DNA from: the human T2T-CHM13v2.0 reference genome, Homo sapiens
NCBI RefSeq assembly: GCF_009914755.1
Contig: NC_060940.1
Length of the DNA stretch: 64,000 nt
Reading direction: 5' to 3' (one strand)
The position numbers and the translations under genes were made by a program. Each line of letters opens with the position of its first letter. Position 1 is the stretch's first letter. Below, one piece after another: positions 29,607-44,600 of the stretch. Below the pieces are notes generated by a model. The model was not told the DNA's origin. It saw nothing but the letters and a program-made list of their open reading frames with translations, and did no database searches.

Positions 29607-32600
29607 TGATGATTATTCCATTGGAGTCCACTTAGTGAATCCTTTAGATTCTACTCGAAGATGATTCCATTCGAGTCCATTCGATGATACCATTCAATTC
29701 CATTCGTTGATGCTTCCATTCAAGTGCATTCGACGATATCATTCGATTCCATTTGATGATAATTCCATTTGATTCCATGCGATGATTCTACTCGATTCCA
29801 TTCAATGATAATTCCATTTAATTCAGTGATTCCTCTGGACTCCATTTGATGATGATTCCATTCAATGATTCCATTCGATTCTATTCGAAAATGATTCCAT
29901 TTGAATCCATTTGATGACGATTCCATTCCGTTCCATTTGATGATTCCATTCTATTCTATTCGATGATGATTCCATTCGATTCCATTCGATGATGATTGGA
30001 TTCGATTCCATTTGATGATTTCATTTGATTCCATTCGTTAATGATTTCGATCAATTCCATTCGATGATTCCATTCGATTCCATTCGATAATGATTACATC
30101 CGAGTCCATTCGATGATTCCATTTGAGCCTGTTCGATAATTCCATTTGAGTCCAACCAATGATTCCATTCATTTCCATTCAATGATTCCATTCGAGTCCA
30201 TTTGATCATTCCGGTAGGGTCCATTCGATGTTGATTCCATTGGAGTGCATTCGATGATTCCATTCGAGTCCATTTTAGGATTTGATTCGAGTCCTTTCGA
30301 TGATTCCATTCGATTCCACTCGATGATGATTTCATTCGAGTCCATTCGACACTTCCAATCGATTCCATTTGATGATTCCATTCGAGTCCAATTGATGATT
30401 CCATTCAATTCCATTCGATGATGATTCCGTACGATTCCATTCTGTGATGATTCCATGTGATTGCATTCAATGATGATTCCTTTCGATTGCATTCGATTAT
30501 GATTCATTTCGTGTTCATTCTATGTTTCCACAGGTTTCCATTCGTGTCCATTCCATTATTCCATTCTATTCCATTTGATGATGATTCCATTCGATTCCAT
30601 TCATTGGTGATTCCACTCAATTCCATTCAATGATTCCATTCCATTTCTTTCAACAATGATTCCATTAGTTTCTAATCGATGATCCACTTGATTCCATTTG
30701 ACGACGATTCCATTCTTGTCCATTCGATGATTCCATTTGATTCCATATGATGATGATTCCATTCGATTCCATACCATGATGATTCCATTCGAGTCCATTC
30801 AATGGTGATTCCATTCAATTCCATTCGATGATTCCTTTCGATTCCATTCGATGATGATGGCATTCGATTCCTTTCAATCATTCCCTTTGATTCCATTCAA
30901 AGGTGATTTCATTCAAGTCCATTCGATAATTGCATTCGATTCCATTCTATGATGATTCCATTCGAGTCCATTTGATGATTCCATTCAATTCAAGTCAATG
31001 ATGATTCCATTCGATTCCATTCGATGATTCCATTGGATTCCATTCGATGATGATTCCATTCAAATCCATTCGATAATTCAATTCAAGTCCATTCGATGAT
31101 GATTCCAATCGAATCCATTCAAAGATTCCATTCAGTTCCATTTGATGATTCCCTTAGATTCCATTCGATGATTCCACTTGATTCCATTTACGATGATTCC
31201 ATTCGATTCCATGTGATGATTCCATTCAATTCTATTCAATGATGTTTCCATTTGATTCCATTCGACCATGATTGCCTTCGATTCCATTTATTGATTCCAT
31301 TCGGTTCCGTTTGATGATGATTCCGTTCGATTCCATTTGATGATTCCATTTGATTCCATTGGATGAGTCCATTCGATTACATTCGATGATTATTCCATTC
31401 GAGTGCATTAGATAATTCCATTCGAGTCCATTCGATGATTCCATTCGATTCCATTCGATGTTGATTCTGTTCAAATCCATTCGATGATTCCACTCGATTC
31501 CATTCGATGACTCCATTTGATCCCATTCGATGATTTCCTTTGATTCCCTTTGATGATCATTCCATTTGATTTCATTTGATTCCATTCAGTGATGTTTCCA
31601 TTCGACTCCATTCGATGATGATTCCATTCGACTCCATTCGATTATGATTTCATTCAATTCCATTCGATAATGATTCCCTTCGAGTCCATTCGATGATTCC
31701 ATTCGATTCCATTCAACGATGATTTGATTCGTGTCCATTCGATGATTCCATTTGATTCCACTTGATGATGATTCCATTCGAGTCCATTTGATGATTCCAT
31801 TCAATTCCATACTCCGATGATTACTTTTGAGCCCACTCAATGCTTCCACTCGATTCCATATGATGATGACTCCATTCGATGAAATTCGATGATGATTCCA
31901 TTCGCTTGCTTTCGATGATGATTCCACTTGAGTCCGTTAGAAGATTCTATTCAATTACATTCCATGACGATTCCGTTCGAGTCCATTTGATGATTCCATT
32001 AGACTCCATTCGACGATGATTCCATTCGATGTTATTCGATGATTCCATTCGATCTCATTCGATGATGATTCCATTCAACTCCATTCGATGTTTCCATTCG
32101 AGTTCATTCTATTATTCCATTAGATTCCATTCGATGATGATTCCATTCGATTCCATTTGATGATTGCATTCTATTTCATTTGATGATGATTCCATTCGAG
32201 TCCACTCGATGATTCCATTCGAGTCCGCTCGATGATTCCATTCGAGTCCATTTAATGAATCCATTGGTTTCAATTCTATGATGATTACATTGGATTCCAT
32301 TCGTTGATGATTTCATTCGGTTCCATTCAATGATGATTCCATTCAATTCCTTTCAATGTTTCCATTCAATTCCATACGATGATGATTCCATTTGATTTGA
32401 TTCGACAGTGAGCCATTCGATTCAATTCCATGATGATTCTATTTGATTCAATTGGTTGACATTTCCATTCGATTCCATTCGATGATGATTCCCTTTGATT
32501 CCATTCAAAGATGATTCCATTCTAGCCCATTCAATCATTCCATTCGATTCTATTCAATGATGATTCCATTCATGTCGATTTGGTGATTCCATTTGACTTC

Positions 32601-35591
32601 ATTTGATGATGATTCCTTTCAAGTTCATTAGATGATTCCATTCGATTCCATTTGATGATGATCCCATTCGAGTCCATTCAGTGATTCCATTCGTTTCCAT
32701 TCCATGATGATTCCATTCCATTCCATTCAATGATTCCATTCGATTCCGTTTGATGATGATTTCATTCGAGTCCATTTGATGATTCCATTTGATTCCATTC
32801 GATGATGATTCCATTCGAGTCCATTCGATGATTATATTCGAATCCATTTGATGATTTCTTTTGGTTATAGTTGGTGATGATTCCATTGGAGTCCATTCAA
32901 TGATTCCATTCGATTCCAATCGATGATGATTCCATTAGAGTCCATTTAATGTTTCCATTTGATTCCAGTCTCTGATGATTACATTCGAGTCCATACGATG
33001 ATTCCACTCAATTCCATATGATGATGATTCCATTTGATTCCATTCGTTGATTCCATTCTATTCTATTCAATGGTGATTCCATTCGAGTACATTAGATGAT
33101 TCCATTCGATTCCATTCAATGATGATTCTATTTGTGTCCCTTAGATGATTCCACATGATTCCATTAGATGATGATACTATTTCAGCCCATCCAATGATTC
33201 CCTTCGATTCCATTCGATGAGGATTCCATTCGATTCAATTCATTGGTGATTCTATTCAATTCAATTCTTTGATTCCATTCCATTCCATTCGACAATGATT
33301 CCATTCGATTTCTTTCGATGATTCCACTCGATTCCACTTGACATTGATTCCATTCGATTCCATTCAATGATTCCATTTGATTCCATTGGATGATGATTGC
33401 CATCGATTCCATTCGATCACTCCATTCTATTCCATTTGATGATGATTACATTCGATTCCATTTGATGATTCCATCTGATTCTATTCGAGGATTCCATTTG
33501 ATTCCATTCGCTGATGATTCCATTCGAGTCCATTCGATGATTTCATTCGAGTACATCCAGTGATTCCATTCGAGTCCATTTGATGATTCCATTTGATTCC
33601 ATTTGATTATGATTCTACTAGAGTCCATTCAGTGACTCCATTCGAGTCCATTCAACAATTCCATTCGACTCCATTCGATGATTCCATTCGATTCCATTTG
33701 ATGATTCCATTCGAGTCCATTTAATCATTACAGTCGAGTCCATTTGGTGATTCCGCTGGATTTCCTTTGATAATGATACCATTCAATTACATTTGATGAT
33801 GATCCCATTCAATTTCATTTGATGATGATTCCATTAGAGTCCATTCGATGATTTTATTCGAGTCCCTTCATTGATTCCATCCGATTTCATTGGATGATGA
33901 CTCCATTCGAGTCCATTCGATGATTCCACTCGATTCCATTAGATGATTCCATTGGAGTCCATTTGATTGTTCCATTCGATTCCATTCGATTCCTTTCGAA
34001 GATTATTCCATTTGAGTCCATTCGATGATGATTCCATTCCATTCCATTCGATGATTCCGTTTGATTCCATTCGATGATTCCCTTCGATTCCTTTCTTTGA
34101 TGATTCCATTCCATTCCATTCAATGATTCCATTCGAATCTATTCCATGATGATTCCTTTCGATTCCATTCGCTGATGTTTCCGTTCAATTCCATTCGATG
34201 ATGATTCCATTCGATTCCATTCATTGAGGATTCCATTTGATTCCATTCAATGATGATTCCATTCTATTCCATTCAAAGATTGCATTCAATTCCATTCAAT
34301 GATTATCCCATTAGAGTAAACTCAACGATTCCATTCAATACCATTCGATGATGATTCCTTTTGAGTCCATTCAATGATTTCATTCAAGTCCATTTGATGA
34401 TTCCTTTCAATTCCATTCTATGATGATTCCATTCGAGTCCATTCGATGATTCCATTCGATTGCATTCGATGATTCCATTATATTCCATTCAACGATGATT
34501 CCATTCGAGTCCATTCGATGATTCCATTAGAGTACATTTAATGATTGCTTTGTTTTCAATTCGAAGATGATTACATTCGATTCCATTCTATGATACCATT
34601 CGATTCCATTCAATGATGACTCCACTCAAATCCATTGGATGATTCCATTCGTGTCCATTCGGTGATTTCATTAGATTCCATTCGAGGATGATTCCATTCG
34701 ATTCCATTCGATGATTCCATTCTATTCCATTCGACGATGATTCCATTCGAGTCCATTCGATGATTCCATTCGAGTCCATTTAATGATTCCATTGGGTTCA
34801 ATTCAATGATGATTACATTGGATTCCGTTCTATGATTCCATTCAATTCCGTTCATTGACAATTTGATTCCATTCGATGATGATTCCATTTGAGTTCATTC
34901 GATGATTCTATTCGATTCTCTTCGATGGTGATTCAATTCTATTATATTGGATGATTCCATTCGATTCCATTTGATGTTGATTCAATTCGATTCTATTCGA
35001 TGATGATTCCATTGGATTTCACTTGATGATTCTATTCGATTCCATTCAATGATGATTCACTTCTCGTCCATTGGATGATTCCATTTCATTCCATTCGATG
35101 ATGATTCCATTCGATTCCATTCGATGATTCCATTTGATTCCATGCGACGGTGAGCAATTCGATTCAATTCCATGATGATTCTATTTGATTCAATTAGATG
35201 ATGTTTCCATTCGAATCCATTCCATGATTATTCCATTGGAATCCATTCGGCGATGATTCCATACGAGTCAATTCAATGATGATTCCATATGGGTCCGTTC
35301 GATGATAATTCCATTTGATTTCATTCGATGCTTCTATTCAATTCCAGTTGATGATGATTCCGTTGGAGTCCATACGATGATTCCATTTGATTTCATTTGA
35401 TGATGATTCCATTCGATTCCATTCGATGATGATTACATTGGATTCCATTCTATGATTCCATTCAATTCCATTCGTTGATGATTCGATTCCCTTCAATGAT
35501 GATTCCACTTGAGTTCATTCGATGATTCTATTCGATTCCGTTCGATGGTGATTCAATTCTCTTATATTGGATGATTCGACTCGATTCCATT
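29607..35591 (+). repeat. Higher-order unit 6 (5985 bp)
   Basis: 6112 - 49 (~29920) - 13 (~31570) + 23 (~32221) - 98 (~34715) + 10 (~35411) = 5985, matching the anchor spacing. Confidence 0.88.
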
Positions 35592-38500
35592 TGATGATTA
35601 TTCCATTGGAGTCCACTTAGTGAATCCTTTAGATTCTACTCGAAGATGATTCCATTCGAGTCCATTCGATGATACCATTCAATTCCATTCGTTGATGTTT
35701 CCATTCAAGTGCATTCGATGATATCATTCGATTCCATTTGATGATAATTCCATTTGATTCCATGCGATGATTCTATTCGATTCCATTCAATGATAATTCC
35801 ATTCAATTCAGTGATTCCTCTGGACTCCATTTGATGATGATTCCATTCAATGATTCCATTCGATTCTATTCGAAAATGATTCCATTTGAATCCATTTGAT
35901 GACGATTCCATTCCATTCCATTTGATGATTCCATTCTATTCTATTCGATGATGATTCCATTCGATTCCATTCGATGATGATTGGATTCGATTCCATTTGA
36001 TGATTTCATTTGATTCCATTCGTTAATGATTTCGATCAATTCCATTCGATGATTCCATTCGATTCCATTCGATAATGATTACATCCGAGTCCATTCGATG
36101 ATTCCATTTGAGCCTGTTCGATAATTCCATTTGAGTCCAACCAATGATTCCATTCATTTCCATTCAATGATTCCATTCGAGTCCATTTGATCATTCCGGT
36201 AGGGTCCATTCGATGTTGATTCCATTGGAGTGCATTCGATGATTCCATTCGAGTCCATTTTAGGATTTGATTCGAGTCCTTTCGATGATTCCATTCGATT
36301 CCACTCGATGATGATTTCATTCGAGTCCATTCGACACTTCCAATCGATTCCATTTGATGATTCCATTCGAGTCCAATTGATGATTCCATTCAATTCCATT
36401 CGATGATGATTCCGTACGATTCCATTCTGTGATGATTCCATGTGATTGCATTCAATGATGATTCCTTTCGATTGCATTCGATTATGATTCATTTCGTGTT
36501 CATTCTATGGTTCCACAGGTTTCCATTCGTGTCCATTCCATTATTCCATTCTATTCCATTTGATGATGATTCCATTCGATTCCATTCATTGGTGATTCCA
36601 CTCAATTCCATTCAATGATTCCATTCCATTTCTTTCAACAATGATTCCATTAGTTTCTAATCGATGATCCACTTGATTCCATTTGACGACGATTCCATTC
36701 TTGTCCATTCGATGATTCCATTTGATTCCATATGATGATGATTCCATTCGATTCCATACCATGATGATTCCATTCGAGTCCATTCAATGGTGATTCCATT
36801 CAATTCCATTCGATGATTCCTTTCGATTCCGTTCGGTGATGATGGCATTCGATTCCTTTCAATCATTCCCTTTGATTCCATTCAAAGGTGATTTCATTCA
36901 AGTCCATTCGATAATTGCATTCGATTCCATTCTATGATGATTCCATTCGAGTCCATTTGATGATTCCATTCAATTCAAGTCAATGATGATTCCATTCGAT
37001 TCCATTCGATGATTCCATTGGATTCCATTCGATGATGATTCCATTCAAATCCATTCGATAATTCAATTCAAGTCCATTCGATGATGATTCCAATCGAATC
37101 CATTCAAAGATTCCATTCAGTTCCATTCGATGATTCCCTTAGATTCCATTCGATGATTCCACTTGATTCCATTTACGATGATTCCATTCGATTCCATGTG
37201 ATGATTCCATTCAATTCTATTCAATGATGTCTCCATTTGATTCCAATCGACCATGACTGCCTTTGATTCCATTCAATGATTCCATTCGGTTCCGTTTGAT
37301 GATGATTCCGTTCGATTCCATTTGATGATTCCATTTGATTCCATTGGATGAGTCCATTCGATTACATTCGATGATTATTCCATTCGAGTGCATTAGATGA
37401 TTCCATTCGAGTCCATTCGATGATTCCATTCGATTCCATTCGATGTTGATTCTGTTCAAATCCATTCGATGATTCCACTCGATTCCATTCGATGACTCCA
37501 GTTGATCCCATTCGATGATTTCCTTTGATTCCCTTTGATGATCATTCCATTTGATTCAATTCGGTGATTTCATTTGATTCCATTCAGTGATGTTTCCATT
37601 CGACTCCATTCGATGATGATTCCATTCGACTCCATTCGATTATGATTTCATTCAATTCCATTCGATAATGATTCCCTTCGACTCCATTCGATGATTCCAT
37701 TCGATTCCATTCAACGATGATTTGATTCGTGTCCATTCGATGATTCCATTTGATTCCACTTGATGATGATTCCATTCGAGTCCATTTGATGATTCCATTC
37801 AATTCCATACTCCGATGATTTCTTTTGAGCCCACTCAATGCTTCCACTCGATTCCATATGATGATGACTCCATTCGATGAAATTCGATGATGATTCCATT
37901 CGCTTGCTTTCGATGATGATTCCACTTGAGTCCGTTAGAAGATTCTATTCAATTACATTCCATGACGATTCCGTTCGAGTCCATTTGATGATTCCATTAG
38001 ACTCCATTCGACGATGATTCCATTCGATGTTATTCGATGATTCCATTCGATCTCATTCGATGATGATTCCATTCAACTCCATTCGATGTTTCCATTCGAG
38101 TTCATTCTATTATTCCATTAGATTCCATTCGATGATGATTCCATTCGATTCCATTTGATGATTGCATTCTATTTCATTTGATGATGATTCCATTCGAGTC
38201 CACTCGATGATTCCATTCGAGTCCATTTAATGAATCCATTGGTTTCAATTCTATGATGATTACATTGGATTCCATTCGTTGATGATTTCATTCGGTTCCA
38301 TTCAATGATGATTCCATTCAATTCCTTTCAATGTTTCCATTCAATTCCATACGATGATGATTCCATTTGATTTGATTCGACAGTGAGCCATTCGATTCAA
38401 TTCCATGATGATTCTATTTGATTCAATTGGTTGACATTTCCATTCGATTCCATTCGATGATGATTCCCTTTGATTCCATTCAAAGATGATTCCATTCTAG

Positions 38501-41500
38501 CCCATTCAATCATTCCATTCGATTCTATTTAATGATGATTCCATTCATGTCGATTTGGTGATTCCATTTGACTTCATTTGATGATGATTCCTTTCAAGTT
38601 CATTAGATGATTCCATTCGATTCCATTTGATGATGATCCCATTCGAGTCCATTCAGTGATTCCATTCGTTTCCATTCCATGATGATTCCATTCCATTCCA
38701 TTCAATGATTCCATTCGATTCCGTTTGATGATGATTTCATTCGAGTCCATTTGATGATTCCATTTGATTCCATTCGATGATGATTCCATTCGAGTCCATT
38801 CGATGATTCTATTCGAATCCATTTGATGATTTCTTTTGATTATAGTTGGTGATGATTCCATTGGAGTCCATTCAATGATTCCATTCGATTCCAATTGATG
38901 ATGATTCCATTAGGGTCCATTTAATGTTTCCATTTGATTCTAGTCTCTGATGATTACATTCGAGTCCATACGATGATTCCACTCAATTCCATATGATGAT
39001 GATTCCATTTGATTCCATTCGGTGATTCCATTCTATTCTATTCAATGGTGATTCCATTCGACTACATTAGATGATTCCATTCGATTCCATTCAATGATGA
39101 TTCTATTTGTGTCCCTTAGATGATTCCACATGATTCCATTAGATCACGATACTATTTGAGCCCATCCAATGATTCCCTTCGATTCCATTTGATGAGGATT
39201 CCATTCGATTCAATTCATTGGTGATTCTATTCAATTCAATTCTTTGATTCCATTCCATTCCATTCGACAATGATTCCATTCGATTTCTTTCGATGATTCC
39301 ACTCGATTCCACTTGACATTGATTCCATTCGATTCCATTCAATGATTCCATTTGATTCCAGTGGATGATGATTGCCATCGATTCCATTCGATCACTCCAT
39401 TCTATTCCATTTGATGATGATTACATTCGATTCCATTTGATGATTCCATCTGATTCTATTCGAGGATTCCATTTGATTCCATTCGATGATGATTCCATTC
39501 GAGTCCATTCGATGATTTCATTCGAGTACATCCAATGATTCCATTGGAGTCCATTAGATGATTCCATTTGATTCCATTTGAAAATGATTCTACTAGAGTC
39601 CATTCAATGACTCCATTCGAGTCCATTCAACAATTCCATTCGATGATTCCATTCGATTCCATTTGATGGTTCCATTCGAGTCCATTTAATCATTACAGTT
39701 GAGTCCATTTGGTGATTCCACTGGATTTCTTTTGATAATGATACCATTCAATTACAATTGATGATGATCCCATTCAATTTCATTTGATGATGATTCCCTT
39801 AGAGTCCATTCGATGATTTCATTCGAGTCCTTTCATTGATTCAATCCGATTTCATTTGATGATGACTCCATTCGAGTCCATTCGATGATTCCACTCGATT
39901 CCATTAGATGATTCCATTGGAGTCCATTTGATTGTTCCATTCGATTCCATTCGATTCCTTTCGAAGATTATTCCATTTGAGTCCATTCGATGATGATTCC
40001 ATTCCATTCCATTCGATGATTCCGTTTGATTCCATTCGATGATTCCCTTCGATTCCTTTCTTTGATGATTCCATTCCATTCCATTCAATGATTCCATTCG
40101 AATCTATTCCATGATGATTCCTTTCGATTCCATTCGCTGATGTTTCCGTTCAATTCCATTCGATGATGATTCCATTCGATTCCATTCATTGAGGATTCCA
40201 TTTGATTCCATTCAATGATGATTCCATTCTATTCCATTCAATGATTGCATTCAATTCCATTCAATGATTATCCCATTAGAGTAAACTCAACGATTCCATT
40301 CAATACCATTCGATGATGATTCCTTTTGAGTCCATTCAATGATTTCATTCAAGTCCATTTGATGATTCCTTTCAATTCCATTCTATGATGATTCCATTCG
40401 AGTCCATTCGATGATTCCATTCGATTGCATTCGATGATTCCATTATATTCCATTCAACGATGATTCCATTCGAGTCCATTCGATGATTCCGTTAGAGTAC
40501 ATTTAATGATTGCTTTGTTTTCAATTCGAAGATGATTACATTCGATTCCATTCTATGATACCATTCGATTCCATTCAATGATGACTCCACTCAAATCCAT
40601 TGGATGATTCCATTCGTGTCCATTCGGTGATTTCATTAGATTCCATTCGAGGATGATTCCATTCGATTCCATTCGATGATTCCATTCAATTCCATTCGAT
40701 GATGATTCCATTCGAGTCCATATGATCATTCCATTTGATTTCATTCGATGATGATTCCATTCGATTCCATTCGACGATTCCATTCTATTCCATTCGATGA
40801 TGATTCCATTCGAGTCCATTCGATCATTCCATTCGAGTCCATTTAATGATTCCATTGGGTTCAATTCAATGATTATTACATTGGATTCCGTTCTATGATT
40901 CCATTCAATTCCGTTCATTGACAATTTGATTCCATTCGATGTTGATTCCATTTGAGTTCATTCGATGATTCTATTCGATTTTCTTCGATGGTGATTCAAT
41001 TCTATTATATTGGATGATTCCATTCGATTCCATTTGATGTTGATTCAATTCGATTCTATTCGATGATGATTCCATTGGATTTCACTTGATGATTCTATTC
41101 GATTCCATTCAATGATGATTCACTTCTCGTCCATTGGATGATTCCATTTCATTCCATTCGATGATGATTCCATTCGATTCCATTCGATGATTCCATTTGA
41201 TTCCATGCGACGGTGAGCAATTCGATTCAATTCCATGATGATTCTATTTGATTCAATTAGATGATGTTTCCATTCGAATCCATTCCATGATTATTCCATT
41301 GGAATCCATTCGGCGATGATTCCATATGAGTCAATTCAATGATGATTCCATATGGGTCCGTTCGATGATAATTCCATTTGATTTCATTCGATGCTTCTAT
41401 TCAATTCCAGTCGATGATGATTCCGTTGGAGTCCATACGATGATTCCATTTGATTTCATTTCATGATGATTCCATTCGATGACGATTACATTGGATTCCA

Positions 41501-41644
41501 TTCTATGATTCCATTCAATTCCATTCGTTGATGATTCGATTCCATTCAATGATGATTCCATTTGAGTTCATTCGATGATTCTATTCGATTCCGTTCTATG
41601 GTGATTCAATTCTATTATATTGGATGATTCGACTCGATTCCATT
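35592..41644 (+). repeat. Higher-order unit 7 (6053 bp = 6112 - 49 - 10)
   Basis: Anchor 35592 -> 41645; 10-bp deletion near 39640. Confidence 0.9.
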
Positions 41645-44600
41645 TGATGATTATTCCATTGGAGTCCACTTAGTGAATCCTTTAGATTCTACTCGAAGAT
41701 GATTCCATTCGAGTCCATTCAATGATACCATTCAATTCCATTCGTTGATGCTTCCATTCAAGTGCATTCGATGATATCATTCGATTCCATTTGATGATAA
41801 TTCCATTTGATTCCATGCGATGATTCTATTCGATTCCATTCAATGATAATTCCATTCAATTCAGTGATTCCTCTGGACTCCATTTGATGATGATTCCATT
41901 CAATGATTCCATTCGATTCTATTCGAAAATGATTCCATTTGAATCCATTTGATGACGATTCCATTCCATTCCATTTGATGATTCCATTCTATTCTATTCG
42001 ATGATGACTCCATTCGATTCCATTCGATGATGATTGGATTCGATTCCATTTGATGATTTCATTTGATTCCATTCGTTAATGATTTCGATCAATTCCATTC
42101 GATGATTCCATTCGATTCCATTTGATAATGATTACATCCGAGTCCATTCGATGATTCCATTTGAGCCTGTTCGATAATTCCATTTGAGTCCAACCAATGA
42201 TTCCATTCATTTCCATTCAATGATTCCATTCGAGTCCATTTGATCATTCCGGTAGGGTCCATTCGATGTTGATTCCATTGGAGTGCATTCGATGATTCCA
42301 TTCGAGTCCATTTTAGGATTTGATTCGAGTCCTTTCGATGATTCCATTCGATTCCACTCGATGATGATTTCATTCGAGTCCATTCGACACTTCCAATCGA
42401 TTCCATTTGATGATTCCATTCGAGTCCAATTGATGATTCCATTCAATTCCATTCGATGATGATTCCGTACGATTCCATTCTGTGATGATTCCATGTGATT
42501 GCATTCAATGATGATTCCTTTCGATTGCATTCGATTATGATTCATTTCGTGTTCATTCTATGGTTCCAGAGGTTTCCATTCGTGTCCATTCCATTATTCC
42601 ATTCTATTCCATTTGATGATGATTCCATTCGATTCCATTCATTGGTGATTCCACTCAATTCCATTCAATGATTCCATTCCATTTCTTTCAACAATGATTC
42701 CATTAGTTTCTAATCGATGATCCACTTGATTCCATTTGACGACGATTCCATTCTTGTCCATTCGATGATTCCATTTGATTCCATATGATGATGATTCCAT
42801 TCGATTCCATACCATGATGATTCCATTCGAGTCCATTCAATGGTGATTCCATTCAATTCCATTCGATGATTCCTTTCGATTCCGTTCGGTGATGATGGCA
42901 TTCGATTCCTTTCAATCATTCCCTTTGATTCCATTCAAAGGTGATTTCATTCAAGTCCATTCGATAATTGCATTCGATTCCATTCTATGATGATTCCATT
43001 CGAGTCCATTTGATGATTCCATTCAATTCAAGTCAATGATGATTCCATTCGATTCCATTCGATGATTCCATTGGATTCCATTCGATGATGATTCCATTCA
43101 AATCCATTCGATAATTCAATTCAAGTCCATTCGATGATGATTCCAATCGAATCCATTCAAAGATTCCATTCAGTTCCATTCGATGATTCCCTTAGATTCC
43201 ATTCGATGATTCCACTTGATTCCATTTACGATGATTCCATTCGATTCCATGTGATGATTCCATTCAATTCTATTCAATGATGTCTCCATTTGATTCCAAT
43301 CGACCATGACTGCCTTTGATTCCATTCAATGATTCCATTCGGTTCCGTTTGATGATGATTCCGTTCGATTCCATTTGATGATTCCATTTGATTCCATTGG
43401 ATGAGTCCATTCGATTACATTCGATGATTATTCCATTCGAGTGCATTAGATGATTCCATTCGAGTCCATTCGATGATTCCATTCGATTCCATTCGATGTT
43501 GATTCTGTTCAAATCCATTCGATGATTCCACTCGATTCCATTCGATGACTCCAGTTGATCCCATTCGATGATTTCCTTTGATTCCCTTTGATGATCATTC
43601 CATTTGATTCAATTCGGTGATTTCATTTGATTCCATTCAGTGATGTTTCCATTCGACTCCATTCGATGATGATTCCATTCGACTCCATTCGATTATGATT
43701 TCATTCAATTCCATTCGATAATGATTCCCTTCGACTCCATTCGATGATTCCATTCGATTCCATTCAACGATGATTTGATTCGTGTCCATTCGATGATTCC
43801 ATTTGATTCCACTTGATGATGATTCCATTCGAGTCCATTTGATGATTCCATTCAATTCCATACTCCGATGATTTCTTTTGAGCCCACTCAATGCTTCCAC
43901 TCGATTCCATATGATGATGACTCCATTCGATGAAATTCGATGATGATTCCATTCGCTTGCTTTCGATGATGATTCCACTTGAGTCCGTTAGAAGATTCTA
44001 TTCAATTACATTCCATGACGATTCCGTTCGAGTCCATTTGATGATTCCATTAGACTCCATTCGACGATGATTCCATTCGATGTTATTCGATGATTCCATT
44101 CGATCTCATTCGATGATGATTCCATTCAACTCCATTCGATGTTTCCATTCGAGTTCATTCTATTATTCCATTAGATTCCATTCGATGATGATTCCATTCG
44201 ATTCCATTTGATGATTGCATTCTATTTCATTTGATGATGATTCCATTCGAGTCCACTCGATGATTCCATTCGAGTCCATTTAATGAATCCATTGGTTTCA
44301 ATTCTATGATGATTACATTGGATTCCATTCGTTGATGATTTCATTCGGTTCCATTCAATGATGATTCCATTCAATTCCTTTCAATGTTTCCATTCAATTC
44401 CATACGATGATGATTCCATTTGATTTGATTCGACAGTGAGCCATTCGATTCAATTCCATGATGATTCTATTTGATTCAATTGGTTGACATTTCCATTCGA
44501 TTCCATTCGATGATGATTCCCTTTGATTCCATTCAAAGATGATTCCATTCTAGCCCATTCAATCATTCCATTCGATTCTATTTAATGATGATTCCATTCA

